DNA of 63,997 nt, filler included, from Catajapyx aquilonaris (Eukaryota): the NCBI GenBank assembly GCA_000934665.2. It is 2 parts of 2 records of this genome, joined end to end, with 100 filler letters (N's around TTAATTAATTAA, not from the genome) between each part and the next. Parts side by side here need not be neighbours in the genome. Positions count along the whole stretch, not along the records: positions 32,071 to 63,997 come from JYFJ02004471.1; 1 more part is not named here. The stretch is one strand, 5' to 3'. The position numbers and the translations under genes are program-made. Positions within the stretch are counted from its first letter, which is position 1. Each line of letters begins with the position of its first letter. The notes beneath the pieces were generated by a model. It ran no database searches and was not told where the DNA came from. It was given only the letters and a program-made list of their open reading frames with translations. Below are positions 52,613 to 63,997 of the stretch, piece by piece.

Positions 52613-55609
52613 TATGTATTTAAAACTGGCTGTACTGTCATAGCTACTCTCAATTATTTTGCACAATTTGCAATGTTAGTGTAGGCTATCAAGCTACACT
52701 TTGATGCTAATAAGTTGATTTAATTGCACATCATTTTATTGGAGATGACTCCTTCCCGGAACCGACCAACACAACAAAAGATGACGGAGTGATATTGCCC
52801 ATAATGTCGGGGAAGTTATTGTCGCATTCCCAACATTTTAAAACCGTGATAAAATTGCAATGATCGGACGGGTGTTTGTGCTCTTCCTACTCAAAAAAGT
52901 AGTTTGACGCAAAAAAAAAAACATGGAGGACCTTTCCAAAAAAAGTGACATTTTTAAATTTCACCCGCCCGACCACAAAAAGGCATTTTATGTTAGCATA
53001 GGCGTTAACAATTTTAATCTTGAAGGAATGGATTGAAACAAAGGCTTCCGGACGGCATCGGAGTTTTGCGAATTAATTAACACCTTCCAGGCCAATCAGC
53101 GATTTTTAAAGGGTTTTTAGGCTAAAATTTGTGGAACCATTCGAGCTATCTGGAAACCGTTGTGTTCGACCGCATATTATTATTTTTCTTTTCTGAAGCA
53201 ACCGGTACCGTAAAGGGAAACGCTAGGAACTATTCAAGTTATACATGTGTTAAGTGGCCCTCTTGAAAAGGTCTACGTTATTATTATTATTTTATTACAA
53301 AATTGTTAATAATGTAGCTGTTTTACTAAGCCTATTAATTCTATGGCGCAGTTTCCTGGCAAAACGTAGTAAATGAAGGCGTGTTTTTTCTCAACAATGG
53401 TTTTTTTGTAGCCTATTGTAGTTGTTAATTAATTCTGGCCTTTTATATAGTTTGTGAGAAATAACCGTTTGTTCCAGTGGAAACTACACAATTTTTAAAA
53501 AGTCAAAATCTGAGTAAACCCTCTCTAAACTCTTTCTAATGATTCTAACAAAGGCCGTCTCATGATAACAACCTGGCTGCGTAGAAAGAGTCAACAATTA
53601 GGCCAGTTCCAACATAAAATGTTTTCATAAAGTGCGTGAGAATTCGTAAAACACTTGACCAGTTAACAAACAGACTGGATTTACAAAAAAAAATAAAGGT
53701 GTATCTATTTACCACTTTTTTGGATGTAGTTTTGGTTGTAGTTCCGAGCATTTACTGAATAGGCGCAAATAGTTACACTTATTTTTTAAAATTTTTTGCG
53801 AATCCGTCCTCTGATGTGTAAGTTGATGCCAAGCTGATTTGCATGTGGCATAATTATTCAAACAATTAGCATCACTTTTTGTGTTAAATATGTGGATATG
53901 AGATATTAGATATAGGCCTATAACAAGGCCTTGTTTGCTGGTCTACCAATAGCACAACCTATAGAACTGACCTTTTCATTAGGGCCATACGGTTCCAAAA
54001 AACAAAAAAAACAAAAACGAACGGCACTTGTAAAAACGAGACATGCTCGTGATTGGCCTTCCTTTTTTTTTGCGTTTAAAATTTTTTCTAATCAATCCCG
54101 CCATAATTTAAAACAGATTAAACTACGGTTAACAAACAATAGTTAAGGAGGTGTACGGTGTGTATTTAATAACAGTGGATGCAAACTTGGGATATGGTCA
54201 CATATGTGGTCAGTTCCATTTATGACCTCATATGTGCACACTTATTTTTCTCAATTTTTTTTTTTTTTTGCATTCGGCTTGAGCATATCACCCTGGCAGG
54301 TGGTTAACATTACACGACGTCACCATCACATGTTTGAAGTGGAAATAGTTTGGCGGGGGGACGGGTTGTGGGGGGAACAAGAGATAGTGATAGAATTATT
54401 ATTAATTAGCAGTCCTGCACTTTGACATGGAGGCTGGCAAATGTCCATTGTTGCGAGCTTCCATAAGGCAGCCGAGTCACTTTGTCCATACAAGTTCTAC
54501 TCTAAAAAAGATTCTTCTTAAAGATGAGATTCAAATGGTGGGGGGGTTTGTAAGGGGAAGGTAAAGAGGAGGACATGCCACCTATTATTTTTTTTGAGGA
54601 TGAAATGTTTTTGTGAATCTCCCCTAGAGAGCTACTGGGCTTATCGCTTTTTTTACTATAGCACCAAAAAAATTGAACGTGGCTCGCTAAATAGACGGGT
54701 TTCTTTTTAGATTTCATAGAAATCAGGATCGCGACTAGAAGGATATCTTGGGCAGCTTTTATGTGTGTCGTCTACACCTCTTCATTCCTCATTATTTTGG
54801 CAGCGAGTTGAAACCAAGTTTTTGTGCTAGGTTCTCACTATAGAGATAGAGGAAACTACTCCCGGAACAAGATGGGGACTAATGGATGTCCTCTTTCGGA
54901 AGGAATTCGGTGTGGAACGTCTATAGCCAGAGATGGCACCGGAAGTGTGCGCGGAAGGTGTCACTATAACGAATCAATGCTGCAATAGTTTCTGTGTTAA
55001 TATTCGAGAAGGTCACAATTTGTGTGGAATTCAGATTGTCCATCAGTGTAAACCCAGAACAAGTGGTTGATCCCATGTTGTTCATGTAGATTAATGACTT
55101 GTTTAGGATTTACCATCGTTTATGAAACCCAGCGGTTTTCCTGAACTAGTTAACCAAAATGAGAGAACGTTGTAATTGTTAGCGATTGGTTTTAGCGTCA
55201 CCTTCTGCCCACACTTTCGCTGCCAAATCTGACCAGATCGCGCATATCGATTCGCCATCTAGCTAACTCCCCCCAACAATGCCCATCCTACAGAATTATT
55301 CCGTAAGAAACATTTTAACTGGCAGCACCCCACTCGATGGAAGCTCCACATTGTGTGTTTGACAAGAACCAGGAGCAAATAACGGCGCCCTGCCAATCTC
55401 ATACTCTCCATAAGATAATCTAGGCGACCGCCACCAAGTGTGAGTTGTGAGACGCCTTCCCCCCATCATGTTGAGATATCAGGCGACTTGTGCATAGAGT
55501 TTTTTAGATAGAGATAGACGTGGCAGCAGAGTCAGGCAAATTGGGGGGATTATTTGAGAGAGGATTTTTCGAGGGGGGNTGTGGGTAAATAATTTTTCCT
55601 TTGTTGTTT

Positions 55610-55765
55610 TTACTGGATGGAGCAGAATGACATGCGGCCATGGTCCTTGTTGTCGCTGTCTCTGTCCGTGTCGCTGCAGACCTCGTCCAATGGGGAAGGT
55701 CGCTCGGGGTCTCCTACTGCCCCCGAGCTTGCCCCGCCGGACATACCGGCGGGGCAAAGCGATTG
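55610..55765 (-). CDS. Hk: Predicted stop-codon readthrough extension of Hyperkinetic (51 codons, ends CSIQ*)
   Basis: In frame with the TGA at 55768-55766 and open to the TAA at 55612-55610. The stop is in UGA-C context with downstream stem-loops. Confidence 0.7.
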   Translation of the reverse strand, partial: QSLCPAGMSGGASSGAVGDPERPSPLDEVCSDTDRDSDNKDHGRMSFCSIQ

Positions 55766-58700
55766 TCATCTCTGTGCCATGGTCGACAGCATGGGCGGCC
55801 GCACCGGCTTGTTGTCCAACAGGCGCTCCACCTCGGCCATCAGGGACGAGGTCAGACGGGGCACCAGCTAATAATTAATAATATGTTATTGCAATAATGA
55901 AGAAGATAATTGATGATAAGTACCTGTAGGCTCTGTAGGTGCTCGTAGAATTGGTCGACGGAAGAGGCCCCTAGTAGGAGGCACTGAACGCGCTCGAACT
56001 TAAGGCACCAGGCGATGGCCAACTGGGGCACAGAACAGCCCAATTTTTCAGCCAGAAGGGCCAGCTCACGGAGCTTCCCGGGCTGCCTTTTGCCGTCGTC
56101 AGACCCCATCCGCTCCTTGCTCCACCCGTAGTTCTGCAAATGTTGAGAGAGAAATAAGATGGTGAAGAGACATCACAGGCACAATATCAGTATACTGTGT
56201 CCTTACATCTTTATTGGACTGCTGCGTCTCGTCTTCCGTCCAGCTCATGCTCGCGAATTTCTTCTGGAAGGTAACACCATCAATTATTCACAGTATTTAT
56301 TTGGGTTCAATCACCCCCTTTTGAGACCTATGTCTTTGACAGTCCGTGCGTGACTAATTTGTTTTTTGACATGTTCATAGCAAAGCTTGTTGATGTTTCG
56401 GTCTCTCTCTATATAAGACAAGGTTCCACCAGCAGAATCGAGCCTTTGCTCATGGTTAGCCAGCCAGCTGGCGTGCTCGGAATAGATCCCCCCTAGAATC
56501 GTGATCTGGCTGCATAAATGCAATTTCTCCATGACCTGTTCCAACCCCTGGCGGAATCTCCTTACCTTGAAGGAAGGTCTGGCGATGAGAGGAGCCCCGT
56601 CTTCCATCTTACCGCTGATTAGCCCGATTGACAGAGGAGACCACGTCATCAATCCAACGCCTGCAGAAAGAGTCAGCTTAGCAACAACATAATATCCTCA
56701 GAAACTGATGCTCACCGATTTTATTGAAGAGTTCGGTCATGTAGAGCTCGGGTTTGTCCCTGCAGAACATGTGATACTCGCACTGCTCACAGATTGGGGT
56801 GATGCAGTTGAACTGGCGGCAGTTAGAGTAGGCATCCATGATCTCCACTGGGCTCCACCTGGCTGTGCCCCAGTACATGGCCCATCCTTGGGTGATCACG
56901 TGGCTCATGGCTCTCACCACCTCTGTCGCAACAATAGAGAAATTCACTTTTATGCTGCCATACGCCATTTTAGTCATGGCTCCTGCCCGCATCTGTTACA
57001 TTTCCAAAAGTACCAGAGCGAATAACAATGTTCCCAGCAGATTTGAAAGACACACACAATTTTCCATATCGCATTCATCTGGGCTATATGCACGGATTCT
57101 CCTAAAAAAACCAGAGAGGGAATGGGGGCACAACGAACACACAGGCCGATTCCGTGTGCAAATATTAGGCGAAAAACTCAAACAGCAGGACCATGGGAGC
57201 CCGACGCACCTGACTAATCATACTGCACTCTTCAATGTGGTTTATCACCGATGTGTCGTTTTCACTGTTGACCTGACGGAAACTGCTGTGAATAGGAGCA
57301 CGCTTGATGGCTTTGTTAGCTGGTCAGTATCCTGACCTTTGTATCACGCGCGGCATAACCTGCAGGCGCAATTGTTCATCCCAGAAACACAATATTGTTC
57401 CTTTTGATAGCAGGGGTAAACAATCCATAACTATATGTTCCTGTCTTGGGCCTGTATAACGTGGGTAATAACAGTGTTGACGCCCAGATGAATGGTGGAT
57501 AATGGACTCTCATCTGTCTGGAGCATGGCCAGGAGATGTCACGAACTTGCGCGGGACATGGCGTAGTATTATTAGAGCACTCGCAAATAAACGTGTCGGG
57601 AAGTCCATGCGTGACATTCAGGAATATGCAGCAAACTTTGCGATTTGGCTTGTCCCCTTTAATAACCATTGAGCCTTGCATACCTTCCATGGGGCACTCT
57701 CGATCCAGTTTGTGCACCAGTACGACATCGATATAGCTGAGCTTCAGTCGTTCTAGGGAGTTGCGGATGGACTCCACAATGTGCTTCCGGGACAGACCCC
57801 TCTCCTCAGACCTGCGGTTAAGAAGTAAGATATTGTACACAATGGATACCAAGGGGTTTTTGTAACGATTTGGACAATTCGGACAGAGTACTAGAGGATC
57901 ACTGCCATTTTGGTCTCTGCAGTCTCGTTACCGAAGAAATATAGTTAAAACACGTGATATGTCATGTCGCTTGTTTAAGTGCTAGCACAAATTTATGCAG
58001 TGTTTAACCTGCGATCTCTGTAACAGGCAGTCGCCGAGCAGCAGATTGTCTGCGCAACACGACATGGTACAATGCCCTCTTTAATTAATGCAAATTATCT
58101 CGGTAAGTAGGCTGCTGACACCTCTACATAAAGCGATCCTCCGATGCCCAAGTACCAAACCCACTTTGCGCTCCAGTATATCTTGGTGATGACAATGTAT
58201 GAGGCGCGTCTCCATCCCTTCCTCTGGAGGATTCTTCCCAGTTCCAGCTCTGCCCTGGGGCCAGAGTAGGCTTCGGCCAGGTCAAACACATTGACCCCAC
58301 TCTCATAAGCAGCGACAACAATCTCCTCTGCCTGCTCCTCGCTCAGCTGTCCTCCAAAAGTCACCCATGTTCCTGAAGGAAGATTGACAACACGATGGTA
58401 AACAACACTTAGACCCGTTTCATTAGGCTTGGAGGAAAAGGAGCATTGATCTGTTTGCTGAGAAATTGGGCGAAGGTCATCCCATTGTGACCTGTAGCAA
58501 TTTCGCGGACCAAAGGACGGCCTGGAGAGGTGCCAGCGTGCGTACCTAGAGTATAACTCTACTCTGGCCATTGTCGGTCACAAACAAAGGGGTCACGGAC
58601 CACTTCCCGGAGGGGGCACCGGAACGGAAAAAAATGCCGATAAATCAAAAAGTTGCCATTGTTGGCCGTGTGGCTGTGTAAATAAAATATTGCGGCTGGA

Positions 58701-60297
58701 AGCAAGTTTCTTTTAGGATCACCTCTGGGTATGATTTGGAGCAGGGCTGGAGTCGAAAAGCGAGTTATTTTTCTTCTCTGCTCTGTATTGTTGCAGACAA
58801 AAAGTATCATCCTGGCCGTTAGTCACACCGTCTTAAAAGAAAGCCTCTCAGGTTGCATAATGGCTCAGGATAGATCCTCCCATAGTAATATTGAGCCCTA
58901 AAAAATTCCCCGAGTTATTGGGTGGATTTTCGTCCCACTGCTAGTTACTGCTAGCAGTGCCATAGCCAACACTAGTAGTGGTTAGTTAGTCAGCGTCTAG
59001 CAGTGGGATGAAAATACCACCCATCCAATCTTGACTGACATCAGCAATTTCCAATCGCTTTTAGTGGAAACGTGACTGTGAAATATTTAGATGCGTCCTT
59101 CACCTTCTTGTCGACCAGACAACGAGAAGCTATTAAAACAGAATGTGTCATGCCAGGAACATTTCCAGGACCGCGACATTGAGAGGCTGACAGTATACTG
59201 TACAGTAAACAAAAGTTTTTAGTCCTGGCAGACACTCAGGTCTCTCTCACACCATTGTTGTTGTTGCGCAATAGACCCTATGTTATTGCAACACTTCTGG
59301 CTAAGACACAACTTTGAATTTTTCGTTTTCTGCTGAAAAGTGTTATTAGTGTCAGTGGGACTACATTAAAATTATATCTACTGTTGGATTGATTAAGACT
59401 AATGCGATCTTATTAACAGATTTTTTAAAAACGGAGGCTGCGTGTTCAGTGTGAACCACGAACCAATTTTGCATGAGGCACAGAAAACTGATTAGGAAAA
59501 CGCTGCTTTGAGTCATTAAACGTTGCAGCCACTGCCTTTACTCGTAGAACCGGAACTATTTTTTTTTCCTTCCAAATTGCACCATTGGCATACTGTACCC
59601 GGTTAGGTAACACAGCTAAAACTCCTGGGAAAATCCTCCACCGTAAGCAACCGGCTCTCTCAATTTTCCTCAGGAAAATTTGGTATAGAAGCATCTGTAC
59701 GACCTTGCAATCAAAGTGGGTCACTCAAAGAGCCAACTAGGGACTGGACACCATATAATATACGACCTATTTCCTATTTGATTTTTTTTGACACACCGAC
59801 ATCAGAAGTGTGGTCCCAAAGGGTCAATCCCGTTCTTTTCAACCGTAGCAGTAAGCAAGAGAAGCCTTCTGGGGGGATCCCAGAATGCAAGAGGTTCTAA
59901 GGGGAATCGATGCTCAATTTGGTTGGAGGGGAAGTCTAGAGCAAAGTCACCCACCAAAAAACTATTCTGGGGATAGTCTCCTCCACTTGCCTCATCACTA
60001 CTTTTTTCAAAAACAAACCAAAAAAAAAAAAATCAAAATTCCGGAGAGATGACATGAAATGTTTTGTTCAGACATGTGATGATATGTGACTGACCTAATC
60101 CGACATTGGAAACTCGGAGACCACTCTTTCCGAGATTTCGATATCGAAGGCCAGGGGTGAAGGAGCCTTGTCTGCTGGCAGGGGAGGGCTGTGGCGTCGG
60201 GGGCGTCGGTGTGGGCAGCTCCTTAGCCGGAGGACTCGCCTCTTGACCACCCACAAACTCCTCCATGCAGTCCAGGCTGGCGATGGGGGCACGGCAG
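55766..60297 (-). CDS. Hk: Voltage-gated K+ channel beta subunit Hyperkinetic (aldo-keto reductase fold), 5' exon(s) unresolved
   Basis: Exons 60297-60095, 58372-58165, 57811-57684, 56922-56716, 56660-56566, 56263-56207, 56133-55924, 55867-55766. Motifs [53 protein letters not shown] and [15 protein letters not shown]. Confidence 0.95.
58920..59022. mobile_element. Small MITE with ~25-bp TIRs in Hk intron
   Basis: gggtggattttcgtcccactgctag at the left end and ctagcagtgggatgaaaataccaccc at the right end. Confidence 0.7.
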
Positions 60298-63200
60298 CTG
60301 GAAAGGGACCAGAAGACGTGTTTCAAATACCTATTTTGGGGGTAAACATATAGGAGCAGAAAAATTTAATGATTATTGTGGGCGTCAATAGGGGTTTGGC
60401 ACAGAGGACACAATGGGTGACACAGTTTTCTACTTGTCGTTAATGAGGAGAGTGACCCTTGGTGTTCAATATCCGCTGCTATTGTTCGGTATGGCGGCGG
60501 ACAACAACAATGGGGCCTGGAAACAATGCGGCTTGTCCAGCACTTATTGATGGAAAGCCTTTATGGTTCGGTATTATCAAACTAATTTATTCAGTCTAAC
60601 TATTTGCAGATTGTGTGGAGTGTACGGGACGTGCCCTGGATGTAATGTCACATACATTGAAAATGTACAAATTTTTTTCAATGTGGGTGCGGTATATTGT
60701 TAACTTCCTGTAGCGGTTTCAAAGAGTTATTTTAAGGCTCACCGAACTATTAACTAGTGTAATGACCAGCAGTGGAGCCATATGTAAGAAACTTTTTAGA
60801 CTTGACTGGCCTTGAACATTAACGACCACATGTAGGACCGAGCAGGCAGAATAATTTATAATCATGCAGCTCCATAATGATGCCTCGTTTTTCATACAAA
60901 ATATATCAATTGTTTTATGCATGCGCAGACTTAATGAACCGGAATTCGACCTAATTAAACCAGCACCTATTAAAACTAGCAATTCACCTTTTTATACTCT
61001 AGGATTCTTTTGTCAATGCCACTTGCAGACCACCACTTCCCCTTTTTCCGCAGTGTCCCTTTCATTAGCCATCTTCTCTCTGCGGCATGGTATGAGGCGG
61101 CGGTAAAAGTCGATAGCATCGATTAAGTGCAGAGCTGTGAGAATATACCTCTCCACCCAGTTGCAAAACACACACACTACCATTTTCGCATCGCTTCGAA
61201 CAATGCGGAAGGCATCACACACACGGAAGTGCTCACATTCTCTGTCATTCCCATGACACGAGTTGTGCATGACGTGACCAAAAACCGCTGTTTCTGACCA
61301 CATTTTTAAAAAAACTATCTAGAGGCCTACAAGCTATACGTCACATTCCCCCTCCCAAAAAAAGTCGATATCAATCTGTCAAATATCCCTTGAGGAGTAA
61401 AGGAGACTCATCCGTTATTTTGACAGGTCAACGGCTATGACTTATTGATCTCCAATGATGCAACAATTGCAGCAAGAAGCTAATCGCATAGAAAACGATC
61501 GATTGCAAAAATTCGCAATTCGCGATAGAAAAAAGTGTCCCGGTTTATTGGAGGTTTTGCAGCATTTCAATGCAATTGGGCTGTTGATTGGCTAACAAAA
61601 TGTATAGAGGGCGTCCAAATGAACCGCCATTGAATGTGTTAATTGACACTGTTATTTTGTAGAGCAAGTGAAGCGTTATTGATTCACCGTTATCCAGAGG
61701 CACACCCTCAAAAAAACACAGGAGAGAATATGGTGGCTTGTGAGCAGTATGAATAAAGAATTAGGGTTCCGACTAAAAGATGGAAAAGGTCGTAACCAAG
61801 TTTGGTCTAGAGTAGGGAGAGTGAAGTGCAAACACGGAACTTGCTCGCGTCAACATTAACTTGGGAAACCTCCCGGAATCAACTTAAAACCCGAGACGAA
61901 TACAAGAAAACGCTCAAGGCTCATTCACGCCCACGTTTCCAATGCAGATCTGCAATGCTGAGCCGGATACTGGAAATGTCGTTAAAAAAAACTGCGGATC
62001 GACCTGGAGGATGCAGAAAATCTGGCCCATTCTAAATCATTTATATTGGTATTGACGTAAGAGTGGTACCAAACAAAAGTCAACTAAACGATATGCTCCT
62101 AATTCTTGCCTTTGACTCCCGTTTGTCTCCATAATTAACTAATGGACTATCTTCGGATTTTCCATGGATACAAATTATGGGCGGGTGCAAGTTATGAAGA
62201 CAAAGCCTTCGCGCGACAGCTTTTCTCAGTCATTAATATCATTAAGGGAAGCGAACAATGCACCGATCGGCCCGGATCGGCCTGCCAGATAATTTCAAGT
62301 CCTTACAAAATCCGTACTGTGCATGCATTTTCGGGGTATGAAACGTCCACATCTTTATCGAGCGCGACCCTCCAAAGCAAACCAAGCACCAAACGTTCTC
62401 CAACTAACCCATTTCACAAAGCAATAAAAAGCAGGCGGAAGTGCAAGAGAGGAATCTTTTTTAGAGAAGATTTTTCTGGCTACTATTGTTCGGTGTCTAA
62501 TTTCCTTTTCGATGGCAACAGTGCAGAAATTATGTGTGGAAAAGTGTGTACGTAGCGTACTATGTGTGGGCTAGAGTTGGCTAAAAATGCGATCAATGGA
62601 CCACTTTTTACAAGGTCTGTTTTTTTGTAACCATGGGACTGCTACTTTCATGACAGGTAAAAAATATTGCGTTGTCTTCGTGTTTACCATTGGATTAAAG
62701 TGTCACAAATGTAATAAGCTTGTTCCAGGGTATGTGTTTTTTTAGGTCATGCATTAGACACACCTATCCATTTTCATGTGTATGCGACTTAACCTACTTT
62801 GATTGTCATAACCATTGTTGAAGTCACTTCGCCACTTCTTGTTTACCGACTAATGATGGCTGCAAGTATTTCTGTTTCCCTAAGGGCAGGTTGCACATTA
62901 ATTATTACCACAGTTAACAATAACAAGTGTAGACCCATACCAGGTACGGTAAAAAATGAGCCGGATCATATTACACCTCACCGTTAAACCTCCTTATAAA
63001 GACTTGGCTTTCGTGGAAACGCAGCGTTAATGATCCCCATTGATATGTCTGTAATTAATGAGTTCTGAGCTCCGGAAGAGAGGGTTTTCTCGGGGTGCTG
63101 ACCTCATTAAAAAATCCAGATGAGGGGGGGGGACCAAAAATGCCTTTTATAATGTTAGACGAAGCCCCTGCGGTTATCGCTTTCATCGCCTCTTCTGAGT

Positions 63201-63997
63201 CGGTGGGTTGGCCAGCTAAGGCTAGTTACTTATGGCTTACGTGACGAAAATCAGATCGTGGAAAGGTTTCTACGGCAGGATCGCATATTCGTACCGCAAC
63301 TCGTCTGAAATTGCCCAGGACCCATTCATCTTGTTAGCCTTTCAACCAGCTACTTGAAAAAAAAAGTCACGAAAATTCACTTAAAAATAGGCCTATTTGT
63401 CTGCAACGAATGTAACGAGCTCTGACCAGTTTGTGACACATGCAGTTGAACGGGGAAATGTGCAAATTTTTTAAAAATCTGAGGTTGGGCAATGAATGCT
63501 GTTTACCTCAGAAGTTGCCAATTGCATACAGTGCATGTACCGGTACGACTAATTACGTACACAAGAAACTGTCGTGTGAGACTAACCCGATCTGTAATGC
63601 ACAAGTAGACATCGCCGCATTGCATGGCATAAACACAGCTTCAATCTAATTAGCACCAACCCTTTAAATTACGTCACATCAACGCAGTTTCGTCTCACCA
63701 TCACTAATTTTTGCCGCAACAAAGCTCAGTGCAAATTGCTTTCATTATTATTTAAATGCTCAAATATGTCGACAGACACGACAACGCGTCTACATGAGTA
63801 ATGCCTACCGCAATGACGTCGCATCGACTCCGCGTCCTACATACAGTTGAATCCCTGCTATAGCTGGCATTGAAACAAAACCAGAGCCACTGATTCGCGG
63901 AATATTACTTAACCACCAGCTACTTAGATAATGGAGAAACACCCCTGTTTCTTACTTTGCCTTCTATTTTTTTTTCTCCCCAAAAATAGCAGACGAT

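Noticed and set aside
55766..55768. Selenocysteine interpretation of the Hk UGA
   Set aside because: The UGA is at the family's normal C-terminus rather than a catalytic Cys position, and I saw no convincing SECIS nearby. Near-cognate readthrough is the simpler explanation.
61026..61062. Possible Hk first exon MANERDTAEKGEVVVC
   Set aside because: It is phase-compatible, but the donor (gtggca) is weak and there is no homology support.

Overview
Compact-intron eukaryotic genomic DNA, arthropod-like (inferred from the Hyperkinetic and Mi-2 sequences). It contains an assembly gap at 31971-32070. Genes from left to right: three tandem 4-exon c-type lysozyme-like genes with altered catalytic residues (+); a small orphan gene with a C-terminal transmembrane segment (-); Sm D1 (+); fucose kinase FCSK (-); an orphan coiled-coil gene (-); a full ABCA-family transporter (+); RFWD3 (+); a ~1.25 kb foldback element; Mi-2/CHD3-4 (+); and the Kv-beta subunit Hyperkinetic (-, 5' end probably outside the window). 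Introns carry many MITE-like inverted repeats. The most striking signal is at the Hyperkinetic stop: UGA-C, an 8-nt spacer, a perfect 12-bp GC-rich hairpin plus a second hairpin, and an in-frame 51-codon extension ending in a CaaX box (CSIQ). This suggests programmed stop-codon readthrough producing a prenylatable Kv-beta isoform. Mi-2 also shows duplicated 42-nt candidate mutually exclusive microexons and a distal alternative last exon carrying PEDLS and terminal VICLDD motifs. All exon boundaries were derived by eye.
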